Assembly: GCA_034667725.1 (NCBI GenBank)
Contig: JAXDQS010000003.1
Span: 128,001-192,000, forward strand
DNA: 64,000 nt
Source: Thermoplasmata archaeon
GTDB taxonomy: Archaea > Thermoplasmatota > E2 > JACPAO01 > JAHFTW01
Direction of reading: 5' to 3'
The position numbers were made by a program, and so were the translations under genes. Under the pieces are notes generated by a model. The model worked only from the letters and a program-made list of their open reading frames with translations. It did not search any database and was not told where the DNA came from. Of the stretch, positions 20,191 to 30,739 are shown piece after piece. Position 1 is the stretch's first letter; each line of letters starts with the position of its first letter.

Positions 20191-20757
20191 TTACTCGGTG
20201 GCGAGCCGGACCTTCCCCGCGACCACCTTCAAGGTCTTCATCGCCCGCACCGGCACGCCATGCCGCTCCTCCAGCGTCGCGCGGCTCTTGCCTTTGTCCG
20301 CGAACACCAGCACGCCGTTGACCTTGGCCTTCATGCCGGCCAGCGCTCCCAGCAGGGCGTCGAGGGTGCGGCCGGTGCTCACGACGTCGTCCACCAGGAC
20401 CACCTTCTCGCCGGGGCGGACGTCGTTGACGTGCAGGCAGGATTCGCCGTAGCCAGTCTCGCAGTAGGCGACCTCCTCGCCGGGCAGGCCGTACTGGCGC
20501 TTCCGGATGACGGCGTAGGGGATGCCGGTGCGCAGGCTTAGGGCGGCCACCAAGGGGAGCCCCATCGCTTCCGGGGCCAGGAGCAGGTCGGCGTTCTCCA
20601 AGATGTCACCCTGCTTGGCGGCCCAGCCGGTCCAGCCCTTCAGGAGCTTGGGGTCGCAGCGGGGCACGCCGTCCATGAGCGGGTGCACGACGTAGGAGTA
20701 GCCCTTCCGGTCCAGCACCAGGGCCTCGGCCAAGCTGCGGTCGATGGCGTCGCTCAC
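20191..20757 (-). CDS. hpt: Archaeal purine phosphoribosyltransferase (HGPRT-like)
   Basis: YVVHPLMDGVP, EAMGLP, IRKRQYGL, PRPP motif LVDDVVSTG. Confidence 0.9.
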   Translation of the reverse strand: MSDAIDRSLAEALVLDRKGYSYVVHPLMDGVPRCDPKLLKGWTGWAAKQGDILENADLLLAPEAMGLPLVAALSLRTGIPYAVIRKRQYGLPGEEVAYCETGYGESCLHVNDVRPGEKVVLVDDVVSTGRTLDALLGALAGMKAKVNGVLVFADKGKSRATLEERHGVPVRAMKTLKVVAGKVRLATE

Positions 20758-21890
20758 AGCACGGCCTCCAAGGCCTTCAGGAACGACTCGAGCCGGTCGC
20801 GGGTGATGTGCGGGTTCACGACCACCCGCAGCGCGCTGAAGCGGGGCATGACGTTGCACCGGAAGCCCTTGGCCGCGAGCTTGGCGGCCAGCACGCCCGG
20901 GTTGTCGGCGCGCAGCGCGACGACGGCCAGCTCGGGGCTGGCCACCAGCTCGACGCCCAGCTCCGGCAGGCGGGCACCGAGCCAGGCGGCGTTGTCGAGG
21001 CAGGTCTCGGCAACACTGGCGAGGCCCTTGCGGCCGAGGTGGCGGTGGACCGCCCAGGTGGCCGCGATGGGGCCGCCGGGGCGCGTGCCTAGCAGGGTGC
21101 TCTGCGACTCGGTGGAGACGTACGGGGTGCGGACGGCGGTGTGGCTCCAGTCGCGGCCGTCGCGCAGCAGCAGCACGCCGGCGGGGATGGTGGCCATGGC
21201 GGACTTGTGCGGGTCCACGGCCAGGCTCCAGACGCCGGGCAGCGCGAAGTCGAACGGGATGGGCTTGCGGCCGGCCTCGCCCATGAACGGGAGGAAGTAG
21301 CCGCCGTAGGAGGCGTCGACGTGCAGCAGGACGCCGTGGATGTGGCACATGCGCGCCAGGTCCTCGATGGGGTCCACCAGGCCCAGCTCCGTGGTCCCCG
21401 CGATGCCGACGACGAGGGCGGTGCCTTCGCCCACGGCCGCCTGCATGGCCTTGACGTCGGCGCGGCCGGCCATGTCGGTGGGGACGTAGCGCAGCTTCAT
21501 GCCCAAGAGGCGCGCGGCCTTCTCGAAGCTGAAGTGGGCCGAGTCGGGGAGGACGACCTCGCGGCGGCCGGTCTTCTCGCGCGCCAGGTAGAGCGCCAGG
21601 ATGTTGGCCTCGGTGCCGCCCGAGGTGAAGCGGCCGGCGGCGCCGCGCGGCGCGTGGAACAGGTCCAAGAGGTCGGCCAGCGCCTCGACCTCCAGCCGGG
21701 CCGCGCCGGGGAAGTGGGCCGGGTCGCCCAGGTTGACCTCGAGGAACACGGCATGGGCGTGGGCGGCCTCGTCGTGCGGCGCCGTGCACATCGAGCCCAG
21801 GATCTGCCCCTTCGCGAAGGAGGCGTCCTCGCGCCGGGCCCGCGCCAGCGCCGAGCGCACGCGCGACCTGCTCCAGCCCTCCTCCTGCAC
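20754..21890 (-). CDS. mfnA: PLP-dependent tyrosine/aspartate decarboxylase
   Basis: ILGSMCT, NLGDP, SGGTEAN, HVDASYGG, DPHK, LGTRPG; GTGA overlap with hpt. Confidence 0.92.
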   Translation of the reverse strand: MQEEGWSRSRVRSALARARREDASFAKGQILGSMCTAPHDEAAHAHAVFLEVNLGDPAHFPGAARLEVEALADLLDLFHAPRGAAGRFTSGGTEANILALYLAREKTGRREVVLPDSAHFSFEKAARLLGMKLRYVPTDMAGRADVKAMQAAVGEGTALVVGIAGTTELGLVDPIEDLARMCHIHGVLLHVDASYGGYFLPFMGEAGRKPIPFDFALPGVWSLAVDPHKSAMATIPAGVLLLRDGRDWSHTAVRTPYVSTESQSTLLGTRPGGPIAATWAVHRHLGRKGLASVAETCLDNAAWLGARLPELGVELVASPELAVVALRADNPGVLAAKLAAKGFRCNVMPRFSALRVVVNPHITRDRLESFLKALEAVL

Positions 21891-21952
21891 GGGGCGCGGG
21901 ACCGTCTTGGCTGATAAAAGGGGGGCGGCCCGGCGGCCGCGGACGGGGCGCG

Positions 21953-22555
21953 TCAAGCGCCGTGGGCGGCTTCGGCGCGGGCGGCGTGGCGCATCCCGAT
22001 CCCCAGCGCGACCGTGCCGGCGAGGAGGATGACGACCCCAAGGCTGGCCCCGAAGCCCACGACGGCGTAGCCCAGCCCGCCGGGCGGCCCGGACAGGTCC
22101 ATGGCGCGATGGAGCGTGTCGTCCGCCTCCGCCATGCCCGCGCCGGCGAAGGCGAAGCCGACCCAGGCCAGGCCCGCTGCGCCCCAGCCGGCCCACCGCC
22201 GGAGGCGCCGCGCCCGGGCTGCCTCCGCGTCGGGGGGCCCGGAGCCCATGGTGACGGCGACGGCTGCCAGGGCGACGGCGGCCGTGGCGCCCGCCATCAT
22301 CCAGGCGCCCACCATGATCTTGCCCGTGCCCGCCAATCGGGCGGAGGCGTCGCCGGCCCAGCCGTGCCCTTTCCCCCAGGCCCGCCATTCCCAGGGCTCA
22401 TAGTGGATGCTCCGGCCGTCGCTGCACCGGTGGTCGTCCCAGGAGCACCGCTCGACCAGCCTCGCCTCGAACAAGGGCAGGGCGTGGAGGGCAGTGAACG
22501 CGGCCAAGGCGAGGCCCATCCAGCAGCGGGCCAGCGTCGAAGGGTCCCTCGCCAC
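21953..22555 (-). CDS. Hypothetical 4-TM membrane protein
   Basis: Four hydrophobic segments; TTTTTATC box ~23 bp upstream of GTG. Confidence 0.6.
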   Translation of the reverse strand: MARDPSTLARCWMGLALAAFTALHALPLFEARLVERCSWDDHRCSDGRSIHYEPWEWRAWGKGHGWAGDASARLAGTGKIMVGAWMMAGATAAVALAAVAVTMGSGPPDAEAARARRLRRWAGWGAAGLAWVGFAFAGAGMAEADDTLHRAMDLSGPPGGLGYAVVGFGASLGVVILLAGTVALGIGMRHAARAEAAHGA

Positions 22556-22675
22556 GGACGCGGACTCGCTCGGGCCGATAAAAAGCGGCTCGCAGCCCTG
22601 CCGCTCCCTGCACGGCCATGCTTTCACCAGCCTCTGGACGCCTGTTCCTAAAGCCCGGCATGGCTCCCCTTCCCC

Positions 22676-22960
22676 ATGACCTCGCACCTTGCCCGCCTCG
22701 CCCAGGCCGGCATCCTCAGCCGCAACGGCGCCGTCCTCCGGGCCACCCCCCGCTTCCTCGCCCACGCCGAAGCCACCGCCGCCCGCCTGCACGGGCTGGG
22801 GACCGTGGGCGTGCTGCACGCCGCGCTCTCGAGCTGGGACGACGTCGCCGACGTCCGGGGCGCCGCCGCCTTCCTGGCCGACTTCCTGGGCGAGCGCGAC
22901 CAGCTCGGCGCCCTGCGGCCGGTGTTCCCGGTGCTGGAAGGGTTTGGGGTCGCGGCGTAG
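22676..22960 (+). CDS. Hypothetical small protein
   Basis: 94-aa ORF with genome-typical GC3-rich codons filling the gap before tRNA-Leu. Confidence 0.55.
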   Translation: MTSHLARLAQAGILSRNGAVLRATPRFLAHAEATAARLHGLGTVGVLHAALSSWDDVADVRGAAAFLADFLGERDQLGALRPVFPVLEGFGVAA

Positions 22961-23048
22961 AGCTCCAGTCGCCCCCATCGCAACTAGAGGTCCCATTCGG
23001 CCGTATCTACCGCCGGAAGGTCGGGCTCCTCCCAATCAGCGAGGCGAA

Positions 23049-23130
23049 TGCGGGAGGACGGATTTGAACCGTCGAAACACGAAGTCCCCGATCTTAAGTC
23101 GGGTGCCGTTGGCCGCTTGGCTACTCCCGC
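23049..23130 (-). tRNA. tRNA-Leu (TAA)
   Basis: Minus strand GCGGGAG acceptor stem, anticodon arm CCCGA-CTTAAGA-TCGGG, long variable arm, GGTTCAAATCC T-arm, discriminator A. Confidence 0.95.
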
Positions 23131-23325
23131 GCGAGGTCGCAGAACGTCAGCCTAAGCGGGGGGCGGCCACGCCGACGCGAGGGGTGCGATGCAAAAAACC
23201 GTGCGCCTAAGGGAATATACCTCCGGGGAATCGCCAAGCCCATGTCCGGCGGCGGATCGACGTCTAAAGGTTGTGCAAGCGGTAAGCTGTCGCCGAATGA
23301 AATAGGAGCGCACGGTCGTCCTGCC

Positions 23326-26300
23326 GTGGTCTCCGTGGTCGGTGCACGCAAGCGAACCTTTGGTCCCGCCATCCTGGCAATCGTCCTGGTGGTCCCGCTC
23401 CTCTCCGGCGCCATCGCGCCGCACCCCGAGCCCGCCGCCCCTGTGGACGAGCGCCGCGCCGCCCTCGGCGAGCTGCTGGACTTCGTCGAATCCGCCGACG
23501 CCCGCGCCTTGGCCCAGGTGCGCGACCGCATCGCCCCCGGCCCCTTGGCCGCCCCGTCCTTGCTGTTGCACGCGCATGGCGAGGCCCTGCGCTCCGCCAT
23601 GCTTGCGGCGCTTCTTGAGGCGCCGAGCGACGCGTGGAGCCTGGACGAGGCCGCCTTCGCCTACCAGGTCGCCCTGCGCACGGCGGCCGCGCACGCCCAG
23701 ACCGAGCTCAGCTCCAGCCTCATGGCCGACATGCACGACTGGTTCGAGGACGGCACGCCGCCCGCGTCCATCCACGTCACGTCGCCCGCCACTCCCAGCG
23801 GCTCCGCCGGCCTCCCGGTCCAGCCCCTGGAGGCGCCCGCCAAGCGCACCGCCTCGAAGCAGGCCAACCTCAACGGCGGCTCGCCCGACGCGCCGCCCGC
23901 CCACCCCGTGACCCCGTCCACCGACCCGCCGGCCACCAGCGCCCCCGCGGCGGGCGGCGGTGGCCTCGGTGGCGGCGGTGGCGTCGGCATCATGTCCGCC
24001 GACACCTGGAGCTGGGTGTCGTGGCAGGCCACGTCCACCCCCTTCTGCACCAACTGCGACACCAGCATCACCTCCGGCACGACGGTCTCGGCCAACATGG
24101 ACGGCTGGGAGTTCAACGTCCGCACCGTCAACGTCAAGGTCCGCGCCTACGACGTGGACGTGGCCGAGGGCGAAGTGGACAAGGTGTTCTACAACGGCGT
24201 CCAGATCGGCACCCTCACGGGCAGCAGCAACACCTGGAGCATCACCACTATCTCGGTCCCAGTCTCCTACTTCCAGGACTACGGCAGCAACTCCATCACG
24301 GTCACGGTGAGCCCGCCCGGCTACTACGCCGAGATCGACTACATCGCCCTGGAGGCCGAGACCAACAGCATCATCACCATCACGACGCCCGTGGTCACCG
24401 ACCGCACCTGGTACGACTGGGGCGAGTCGATGACGGTCACCTACACCGCCAGCATCGGCAGCAGCTTCAGCCAGAACCTGCCCGTCGAGATCTACCTGCT
24501 CGACCCCTCCGGCACGGTCCAGTCCAGCTACTCGCACCGCATCACGCTGTCCAACGCTGCCTCCAGCGTCCAGACCGTGACGCTCTACGTCCCCTGGTCG
24601 GGCACCCGCAGCGAGCTTTGGAAGGTGGACGTCAACCCGCAGTGGTCCTACTTCACCAACGTCAAGGTGGGCCTGCCGCCCGCCGACATCACGTCGCTGA
24701 CCGCGAACGCCCGCATGACCTGGGGCACGACGTTCAGCTGGAACGCGAACATCGCCAACACCTACGGCGCGGCCCACCGCGTCGACCTGCGCGTCACGCT
24801 CTACGACCCCTACGGCTCCCAGTATGGCAGCACGCAGCTCCAGAGCTTCACCCTGGGCACCGGCGGCGCCGCGCGCACCGGCAGCTTCACGCTCCCCGCG
24901 AGCGGCTCCGGCTACTGGCAGGTGTACGCCACCGTCAGCGGCGACTCCGCCAGCACCTTCCCGCTCGTCGGCCCCGACCTGACGGCGGCCACGGCCGACG
25001 TCGCCGTGTCGCTGGCAAGCTACAGCGGCTCCGGCCTGTCGCAGCTCACCGCCTCAGGCCTCATGCGCTACAACACCGTCTCCTCGGCCACCACCGCGCA
25101 GACGTCGCTACAGATCTACGACTACGTCGGCCACTCCACCTCCTTCCCCGAGACGGAGAGCGTCGGCACCGGCACCGGCAGCGCCGCCGGCAGCGCCTAC
25201 ACCGCCTACGTGGACCTCGACAACAGCCCCACCGTCACCTACACGGTCGACACCGGCTCCAACGTCAACGAGGCCATCGAGTCGAACAACCAGGCCACCA
25301 AGGCGTTCACGCTCTCCGGCGGCACCTCCGTCACGAGCCTGACCACGACCGCGTCGGCCTACGCCTTCGGCGACACCGTCTCGCTCACGTTCCGCGTCCA
25401 GGAGACCTCCGGCACGGCCCAGACCACCGGCATCGCGTGGGAGCTCGTCAACCCCTACGGCACCACCGTCAACTCCGGCTCGGTCATCACCACCGTCTCG
25501 TCGTCGACGCCCTACGTCTCGACCCGGACGCTGGCCATCCCGTCCTCCGGCGTCGCCGGCACGGGCTGGCAGGTCAAGGTGTACGCCAATTACGCCTACC
25601 GCGCCGTCTCCATCCAGGTCGGCCCCGACTACTCGGTCGGCGCCGCCGACATCGAGGCCACCCTGTCGTCGTACAGCGGCTCCGGCCTCTCGGCCATCCA
25701 GGTCCGCGGCACCGAGCACCACGCCTACGTCGGCCCCGGCTCCGCCAGCCTCTCGACCTACATCTACGGCTACGACTACGCCGGCCACACCGACTCGCAG
25801 GCCAACACCCTGTCCATCCCGGCCGGCAGCGGCGCGGTCACGACCCCTTACGCCTTCATCGACCTCGACCTGGACAACTCCCCCACCCTGGAGTTCTACG
25901 CCGACTACACGGGCGCCATCCAGGAGGTCTCCGAGAGCAACAACTACGCCGCCAAGGCGTTCACGCTGTCCTCGACCTCCTCGGTGTATGCCTACTCGAC
26001 GCCGGACTCGTGGTACGCCTTCGGCGCCACCATCCCCGTCGACATCCAGGTCCGCGAGACCTCCGGCACCGGCAAGACGACCGGCATCTCCTGGGAGCTG
26101 GCCAACCCGTCCGGCACCATCGTCGCCAGCGGCTCCACCATCGCCACGGTGTCCAGCTCGACGCCCTGGTCGGCCCGCCAGTACCTCACGGCCCCGTCGT
26201 CGGGCGCCGTCGGCTCCGGCTGGACGGTGCGCGTCTCCGCCAACTACGACCACCGCAGCATCCCCGTGACCCTCGGCCCCGACCTCAGCGTCGATGGCGA

Positions 26301-29300
26301 CGCCATCACGGCGACCCTGACGCAGTTCAGCGGCTCCGGCAAGTCCACCGTGCGCGCCTCCGGCTCCGTGGACCACGACCGCATCGGCCCCGGCGCCGCC
26401 ACCGTGCAGGTCCGCCTCGTCGGCGACGACTCGCTTGGCAACACGGCCACGAACACGCAGTCGCGCACCTTCCCCGCCGGGAGCGGCAGCGTGGCCACGT
26501 CGGCCTTCGACTACGAGCTCGACCTCGACGCCGCGCCCACCCTCCATCTCACGGCAGACTCAGGCACCACCCTGGCGGAAGTGTCGGAAGGCAACAACTT
26601 CGTGGAGACCCCCTTCACGCTCTCCACCTTCGCCGACGTCTACGCCGCCGCCACGGACGCCACGTCCTACGCCTTCGGCGCGCCGGTCAGCGTGACCTTC
26701 ACCATCAAGGACATCGCCCCCTTCGGCACCACCGTCGGCGTCGCGTGGGAGCTGGTGGACCCGGCCGGCACCACCATCGTGGAGGGCTCGACCATCCGGT
26801 CCATCGGCCTCTTCTCGCCCTACACCGCAACCAAGGTCCTGACGGCGCCCGTCTCCGGCCTGGTCGGCGACGGCTGGAAGGTCCGCGTCACGGCCAACTA
26901 CGACCGCGTCGAGATTCCCGTCAGCCTGGGGCCCGACTTCCGCGTCGACGCCTACGACCTGCGCGCCCACGTCATCACGCCCGGCGCCCCCGGCGTCCCC
27001 GCGGTGTTCGCGCCCGACGCCACCATCTACTACCAGACCGTGGGCCCCGGCCCCGCCTCGCTGGCCGTCACCGCCAGCGTCGTGCAGGGCGGCGTCGTCA
27101 CGGACAGCACCTCCGCGACCGTCTCGGTCCCGGCCGGCACCGGCACCATGGTCCTGCCGCCGCTGTCGCTCAGCGTCGACCTGACCGACATCGCGTACCT
27201 GCGCGTCGAGCTCGACCCGGCCAACGCCATCGCCGAGCGCAGCGAAGCCAACAACGTCGCGGAGCGCGAGCTGGACCCCGTCCCCACCGTGGAGTCGGTG
27301 GCCACCAAGTACGGCGACGTCTTCGTCGCGAACCAGGAAATCCCCAACACCTTCTCGCTGCCCCCGTACAAGCCGTCGGTGGACGATTTCTTCACCTCGG
27401 CCACGCACGAGCCGGGTATCGGCGAGATCACCTACGTGACCTACGAGGTCGTGGACCTGGACACCGCCGTCGCCGTGGTGACCCTGGACAGCACCGCCGG
27501 CAGCGACGCCTCCTGGGAGAAGCTCTACGACCCCAGCACGCTCGACGCCGGCCACTACAAGGCGCAGGCCACGGCGCACACCGACCTCGGCGGCGTCTCG
27601 CCGACCGTGGACGGCCCGTCCTTCTGGGTCGCCGAGCCGCCGGTCATGATCAACTACATCGGCCTGCTGGGCATCCCCCTGTTCCAGCCGAACTCACCCC
27701 GCGAGACGGACACGGCGCGCGAGCTGGTCTATTGGGGCGACTTTGGGCTTGAGTTCGAATGGGACCCTATCGAGGAGACCGCCGCCACCATTGCCATGAA
27801 GAAGTACGGCCTGTGCGGGGAGGCGTCCACTGCCAAGCCGGTCCATTTCAACTTCGAGATGAACCTCGAGCATGAGATGTCGTCCCTGGACACCACCTGG
27901 GAAGGCGGGTTCGCCATGGGCGGCCAGCTCAAGGCGTTCTTCCTGCCCAAGCCCGTTGGCGGCAAGGCGCCCATTTCGCTCTCCGGCGAGGTGGACATCG
28001 AGTGGGAGTTCGAGAACGGCGAGTTCAGCTATGACTCCGCGACCATCGGCGTCGCCGCCGAAATCTCGTTCAGCTGCGAGATCAGCAAATTCATCTACAG
28101 CATGATTCCAGGCATCGGTCAGGTCCTCGCCTACCTCAACATCGTGGGCCTTGGCGTTGACGCCGGCGGCGGCCTCGACCTCAGCATGACGCTGGACGAG
28201 GACATGGACCCCCTGTTCGACTTCCTGCCGCTGCGCAGCGCGCAGGCCGGCATCACGCTGGAAGGCGGCCTGCACGTCTCGCTCGGCGCCACCGATTGGG
28301 CGCGCGCAACGCTGTCCGCCTACGGGCAACTGCTCCGACTCGAAGGCCAGTACGACCGCGTTGAGGACGACTTCTGCATCTCCGAGTTCAGCGTCATAGG
28401 GGAAGGCATGGACCTCGCCCTAAAAGGGGAAATCGACTTCTGGTGGTTCACCGCCGAGAAGACCTTCTGGACGCACACCATCGGCGGCGACGGTCTCTTC
28501 AACTACCAGAACTGCGAGGAGGAAGGCGGCATGGCCCCGATGGCGATGCGCTCGATGGCCCCTGCAGCAGCCCCCTCGCTGCCCGGCGACCTGTTCGAGC
28601 TCATCCCCGGCGCCCAGCCCGCCTCCATGGCGCTGGTGGCCTCGGGCGACGTCCTGGTCGATGGCGCCCCCGGCAACCGCACGGTCGTGAGCCTGGGCAT
28701 CGACGCCCTCGGCAACGTGGTCGTCGTCCATGACGGCGACAACCCCGCGCACGCCACCACCGGCATGCCCGACGTGGCCCAGATCGTCCGCAAGGACGGC
28801 ACCTGGACCTCGGGCTTCGCCACCGGCGGCGCCCGCCTCGACGCGCAGCCGAGCGTGGCCGTCGCCCCCACCGGGCAGGCCGTGGCCGCTTGGATCCAGA
28901 TCGAGCACGACCTGGCCACGACGGACAACCCGTTCGACTACCTCAACCAGACCCGCATCCACGTGGCCTCCCGCGGCCCCTTGGGCGAGTGGACCGTGGA
29001 CGTGCCCGTGTACGCCAACCCCGGCAACACCAGCTTCCAGAGCCGCCCCCGCGTGGTCATGGACAGCAGTGGCACCAAGGCCGCGGTGGCCTGGCTGGAG
29101 CACCCGGACGGCACCTACACCGGCCCGGCCGTGCCGATGCTGGCCATCCTGAACGTCACGGCCCTGGCCACCAAGGTCCCCATCGGGCCGGTCACGACCC
29201 CACCCGTCACTGGCGTGCCCATCTATGACCCGAACCCACTGGTCGGCCAGGTCAACCCCCTGCCTGCCATCAACGTCGGGCCGGTGCACATCCCGTCGGT

Positions 29301-30030
29301 CTGGCTGCCCATCCCGCCGCTGCCCATCGTGGGCGTGCCGGAGATCCCATCCATGGACATCGGCACCGAGGTCCCGGTCGGCTCCCCGCCCACCGGCGGC
29401 CCGGCCGTGGCCCTGGACGCCCCCGGCGCCTACATCGACTCGCCCGACCCCGCCTTCCTGGCCACGGGCGGCCTCGCGGTCGCCTGGTCGAAGATGCACG
29501 CGGACGGCACCAACGCCTCCGTCGAGATGGCGCAGCTCAGCCCGGCCGGCAACTGGACGCACGCCACCGTCGCGGTGTCGGACAACATGCCGATGTCGGC
29601 CCGCCTGACGGTGACCCCGACGGACGCAAGCCTCATCTGGCTCGAGCGGGACTACCGCACGATGTACCCGGTGCAGCGCTCGGTCGGCCTCAGCGTCTCG
29701 CTACCGGCGGACCTGGCCGCCGCCCCGTCGGTGCCCCTCACGGACTACGACAACGAGCAGCCGCGCTTCTACGGCGCCATCCGCGCCGCGACGGCCAGCA
29801 ACGGCACCCGCGCCCTGACCTGGATCGACCCGGCCACCGGAAGCCTCTGGGGCATGCGCTTCACGCCCACCACGGGCGCCGCAGCCATGCAGGAGCCGGC
29901 GGAGATGCTCACGGGCCTCTTCCTGTCGCAGGACGTCGCCTACGACCCCGACAGCGAAGGCTTCCTTGTGGTGGGCGCCGAGTCCGGCAACATGGACGAC
30001 GGCGCGCCCATCCGCCAGGTGACGATGTGA
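23326..30030 (+). CDS. Giant secreted modular protein (~2,230 aa) with CARDB/Ig-like repeats
   Basis: Signal peptide; Ser/Thr/Tyr-rich beta domains; GPD...E.(S/I)E.NN units; ORF open from 23242, start uncertain. Confidence 0.85.
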   Translation: MVSVVGARKRTFGPAILAIVLVVPLLSGAIAPHPEPAAPVDERRAALGELLDFVESADARALAQVRDRIAPGPLAAPSLLLHAHGEALRSAMLAALLEAPSDAWSLDEAAFAYQVALRTAAAHAQTELSSSLMADMHDWFEDGTPPASIHVTSPATPSGSAGLPVQPLEAPAKRTASKQANLNGGSPDAPPAHPVTPSTDPPATSAPAAGGGGLGGGGGVGIMSADTWSWVSWQATSTPFCTNCDTSITSGTTVSANMDGWEFNVRTVNVKVRAYDVDVAEGEVDKVFYNGVQIGTLTGSSNTWSITTISVPVSYFQDYGSNSITVTVSPPGYYAEIDYIALEAETNSIITITTPVVTDRTWYDWGESMTVTYTASIGSSFSQNLPVEIYLLDPSGTVQSSYSHRITLSNAASSVQTVTLYVPWSGTRSELWKVDVNPQWSYFTNVKVGLPPADITSLTANARMTWGTTFSWNANIANTYGAAHRVDLRVTLYDPYGSQYGSTQLQSFTLGTGGAARTGSFTLPASGSGYWQVYATVSGDSASTFPLVGPDLTAATADVAVSLASYSGSGLSQLTASGLMRYNTVSSATTAQTSLQIYDYVGHSTSFPETESVGTGTGSAAGSAYTAYVDLDNSPTVTYTVDTGSNVNEAIESNNQATKAFTLSGGTSVTSLTTTASAYAFGDTVSLTFRVQETSGTAQTTGIAWELVNPYGTTVNSGSVITTVSSSTPYVSTRTLAIPSSGVAGTGWQVKVYANYAYRAVSIQVGPDYSVGAADIEATLSSYSGSGLSAIQVRGTEHHAYVGPGSASLSTYIYGYDYAGHTDSQANTLSIPAGSGAVTTPYAFIDLDLDNSPTLEFYADYTGAIQEVSESNNYAAKAFTLSSTSSVYAYSTPDSWYAFGATIPVDIQVRETSGTGKTTGISWELANPSGTIVASGSTIATVSSSTPWSARQYLTAPSSGAVGSGWTVRVSANYDHRSIPVTLGPDLSVDGDAITATLTQFSGSGKSTVRASGSVDHDRIGPGAATVQVRLVGDDSLGNTATNTQSRTFPAGSGSVATSAFDYELDLDAAPTLHLTADSGTTLAEVSEGNNFVETPFTLSTFADVYAAATDATSYAFGAPVSVTFTIKDIAPFGTTVGVAWELVDPAGTTIVEGSTIRSIGLFSPYTATKVLTAPVSGLVGDGWKVRVTANYDRVEIPVSLGPDFRVDAYDLRAHVITPGAPGVPAVFAPDATIYYQTVGPGPASLAVTASVVQGGVVTDSTSATVSVPAGTGTMVLPPLSLSVDLTDIAYLRVELDPANAIAERSEANNVAERELDPVPTVESVATKYGDVFVANQEIPNTFSLPPYKPSVDDFFTSATHEPGIGEITYVTYEVVDLDTAVAVVTLDSTAGSDASWEKLYDPSTLDAGHYKAQATAHTDLGGVSPTVDGPSFWVAEPPVMINYIGLLGIPLFQPNSPRETDTARELVYWGDFGLEFEWDPIEETAATIAMKKYGLCGEASTAKPVHFNFEMNLEHEMSSLDTTWEGGFAMGGQLKAFFLPKPVGGKAPISLSGEVDIEWEFENGEFSYDSATIGVAAEISFSCEISKFIYSMIPGIGQVLAYLNIVGLGVDAGGGLDLSMTLDEDMDPLFDFLPLRSAQAGITLEGGLHVSLGATDWARATLSAYGQLLRLEGQYDRVEDDFCISEFSVIGEGMDLALKGEIDFWWFTAEKTFWTHTIGGDGLFNYQNCEEEGGMAPMAMRSMAPAAAPSLPGDLFELIPGAQPASMALVASGDVLVDGAPGNRTVVSLGIDALGNVVVVHDGDNPAHATTGMPDVAQIVRKDGTWTSGFATGGARLDAQPSVAVAPTGQAVAAWIQIEHDLATTDNPFDYLNQTRIHVASRGPLGEWTVDVPVYANPGNTSFQSRPRVVMDSSGTKAAVAWLEHPDGTYTGPAVPMLAILNVTALATKVPIGPVTTPPVTGVPIYDPNPLVGQVNPLPAINVGPVHIPSVWLPIPPLPIVGVPEIPSMDIGTEVPVGSPPTGGPAVALDAPGAYIDSPDPAFLATGGLAVAWSKMHADGTNASVEMAQLSPAGNWTHATVAVSDNMPMSARLTVTPTDASLIWLERDYRTMYPVQRSVGLSVSLPADLAAAPSVPLTDYDNEQPRFYGAIRAATASNGTRALTWIDPATGSLWGMRFTPTTGAAAMQEPAEMLTGLFLSQDVAYDPDSEGFLVVGAESGNMDDGAPIRQVTM
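24970..27270 (+). repeat. Intragenic tandem repeat, ~3.5 units of 651-654 bp (~218 aa)
   Basis: Units begin GPD at 24970, 25621, 26275, 26929; shared SGSG, DLD, YAFG, WEL, ANY motifs. Confidence 0.85.
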
Positions 30031-30040
30031 TGGAGCAGCG

Positions 30041-30727
30041 ATGATTCGGGGGCGCTCCCTTGCAGAAGGCCTCCTGGTGCCGGCGGCCATCGCCTTCGCG
30101 TTCTACCTTTGGAGCCGCCCATCCTGGACGGAGCCTATCCCTGGGTGGGCGCTGGTGGTGGCCGCCATCGTGGCCATCCTTGGCGCGGCCCTGTGGGCAT
30201 CGTGGTTCGGCCCGGCCTTGCGCTGGGCCACCCTCGGCCGGGCCCTCGGCTTCCGCATGGTCGCGGCCTTCCCTGGCGCCCTCGCCCACCCGCTGGTGTG
30301 GCCGAGCTTCGAAGGCATCGTGCAGGGGCGGCGCGTCCGGCTGGACATCCAGGGGATGTCCTCGACGCACGGGGCGTACGGCAAGAGTCCCATCCAGCAG
30401 TCCATCGTCCTGCCCATCGCCACGCGCGTCGAGATGCACGGGGCCATGCGCATGGCACGCCGCCGGAAACCCCCCAAGGGCCTCACCCAAATCTACGCCG
30501 CAGGCCGCACCAAATGGCACGCCTCGGACCCAAGCCTCGCCCCCCGCCTCAAGGGCCTCCTCGACCAGTTGGCCCGCGTGCCCCTGGCCGCCGGCGTGTG
30601 GACCGTCACCGAGGACGGCCGCCGCTTCCTCGTGTACCGAAACTCCTGGGAGCAGCTCGACGAAGCCCGCGCCAAGGCCCTCCTCCCCCTGCTCGCCGCC
30701 ATCGCGGCAGAACTCGAAAAAACCTAG
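30041..30727 (+). CDS. Hypothetical membrane protein
   Basis: Two N-terminal TMs and a basic soluble domain; starts 10 bp after the giant gene. Confidence 0.65.
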   Translation: MIRGRSLAEGLLVPAAIAFAFYLWSRPSWTEPIPGWALVVAAIVAILGAALWASWFGPALRWATLGRALGFRMVAAFPGALAHPLVWPSFEGIVQGRRVRLDIQGMSSTHGAYGKSPIQQSIVLPIATRVEMHGAMRMARRRKPPKGLTQIYAAGRTKWHASDPSLAPRLKGLLDQLARVPLAAGVWTVTEDGRRFLVYRNSWEQLDEARAKALLPLLAAIAAELEKT

Positions 30728-30739
30728 GAGACCCACCCC

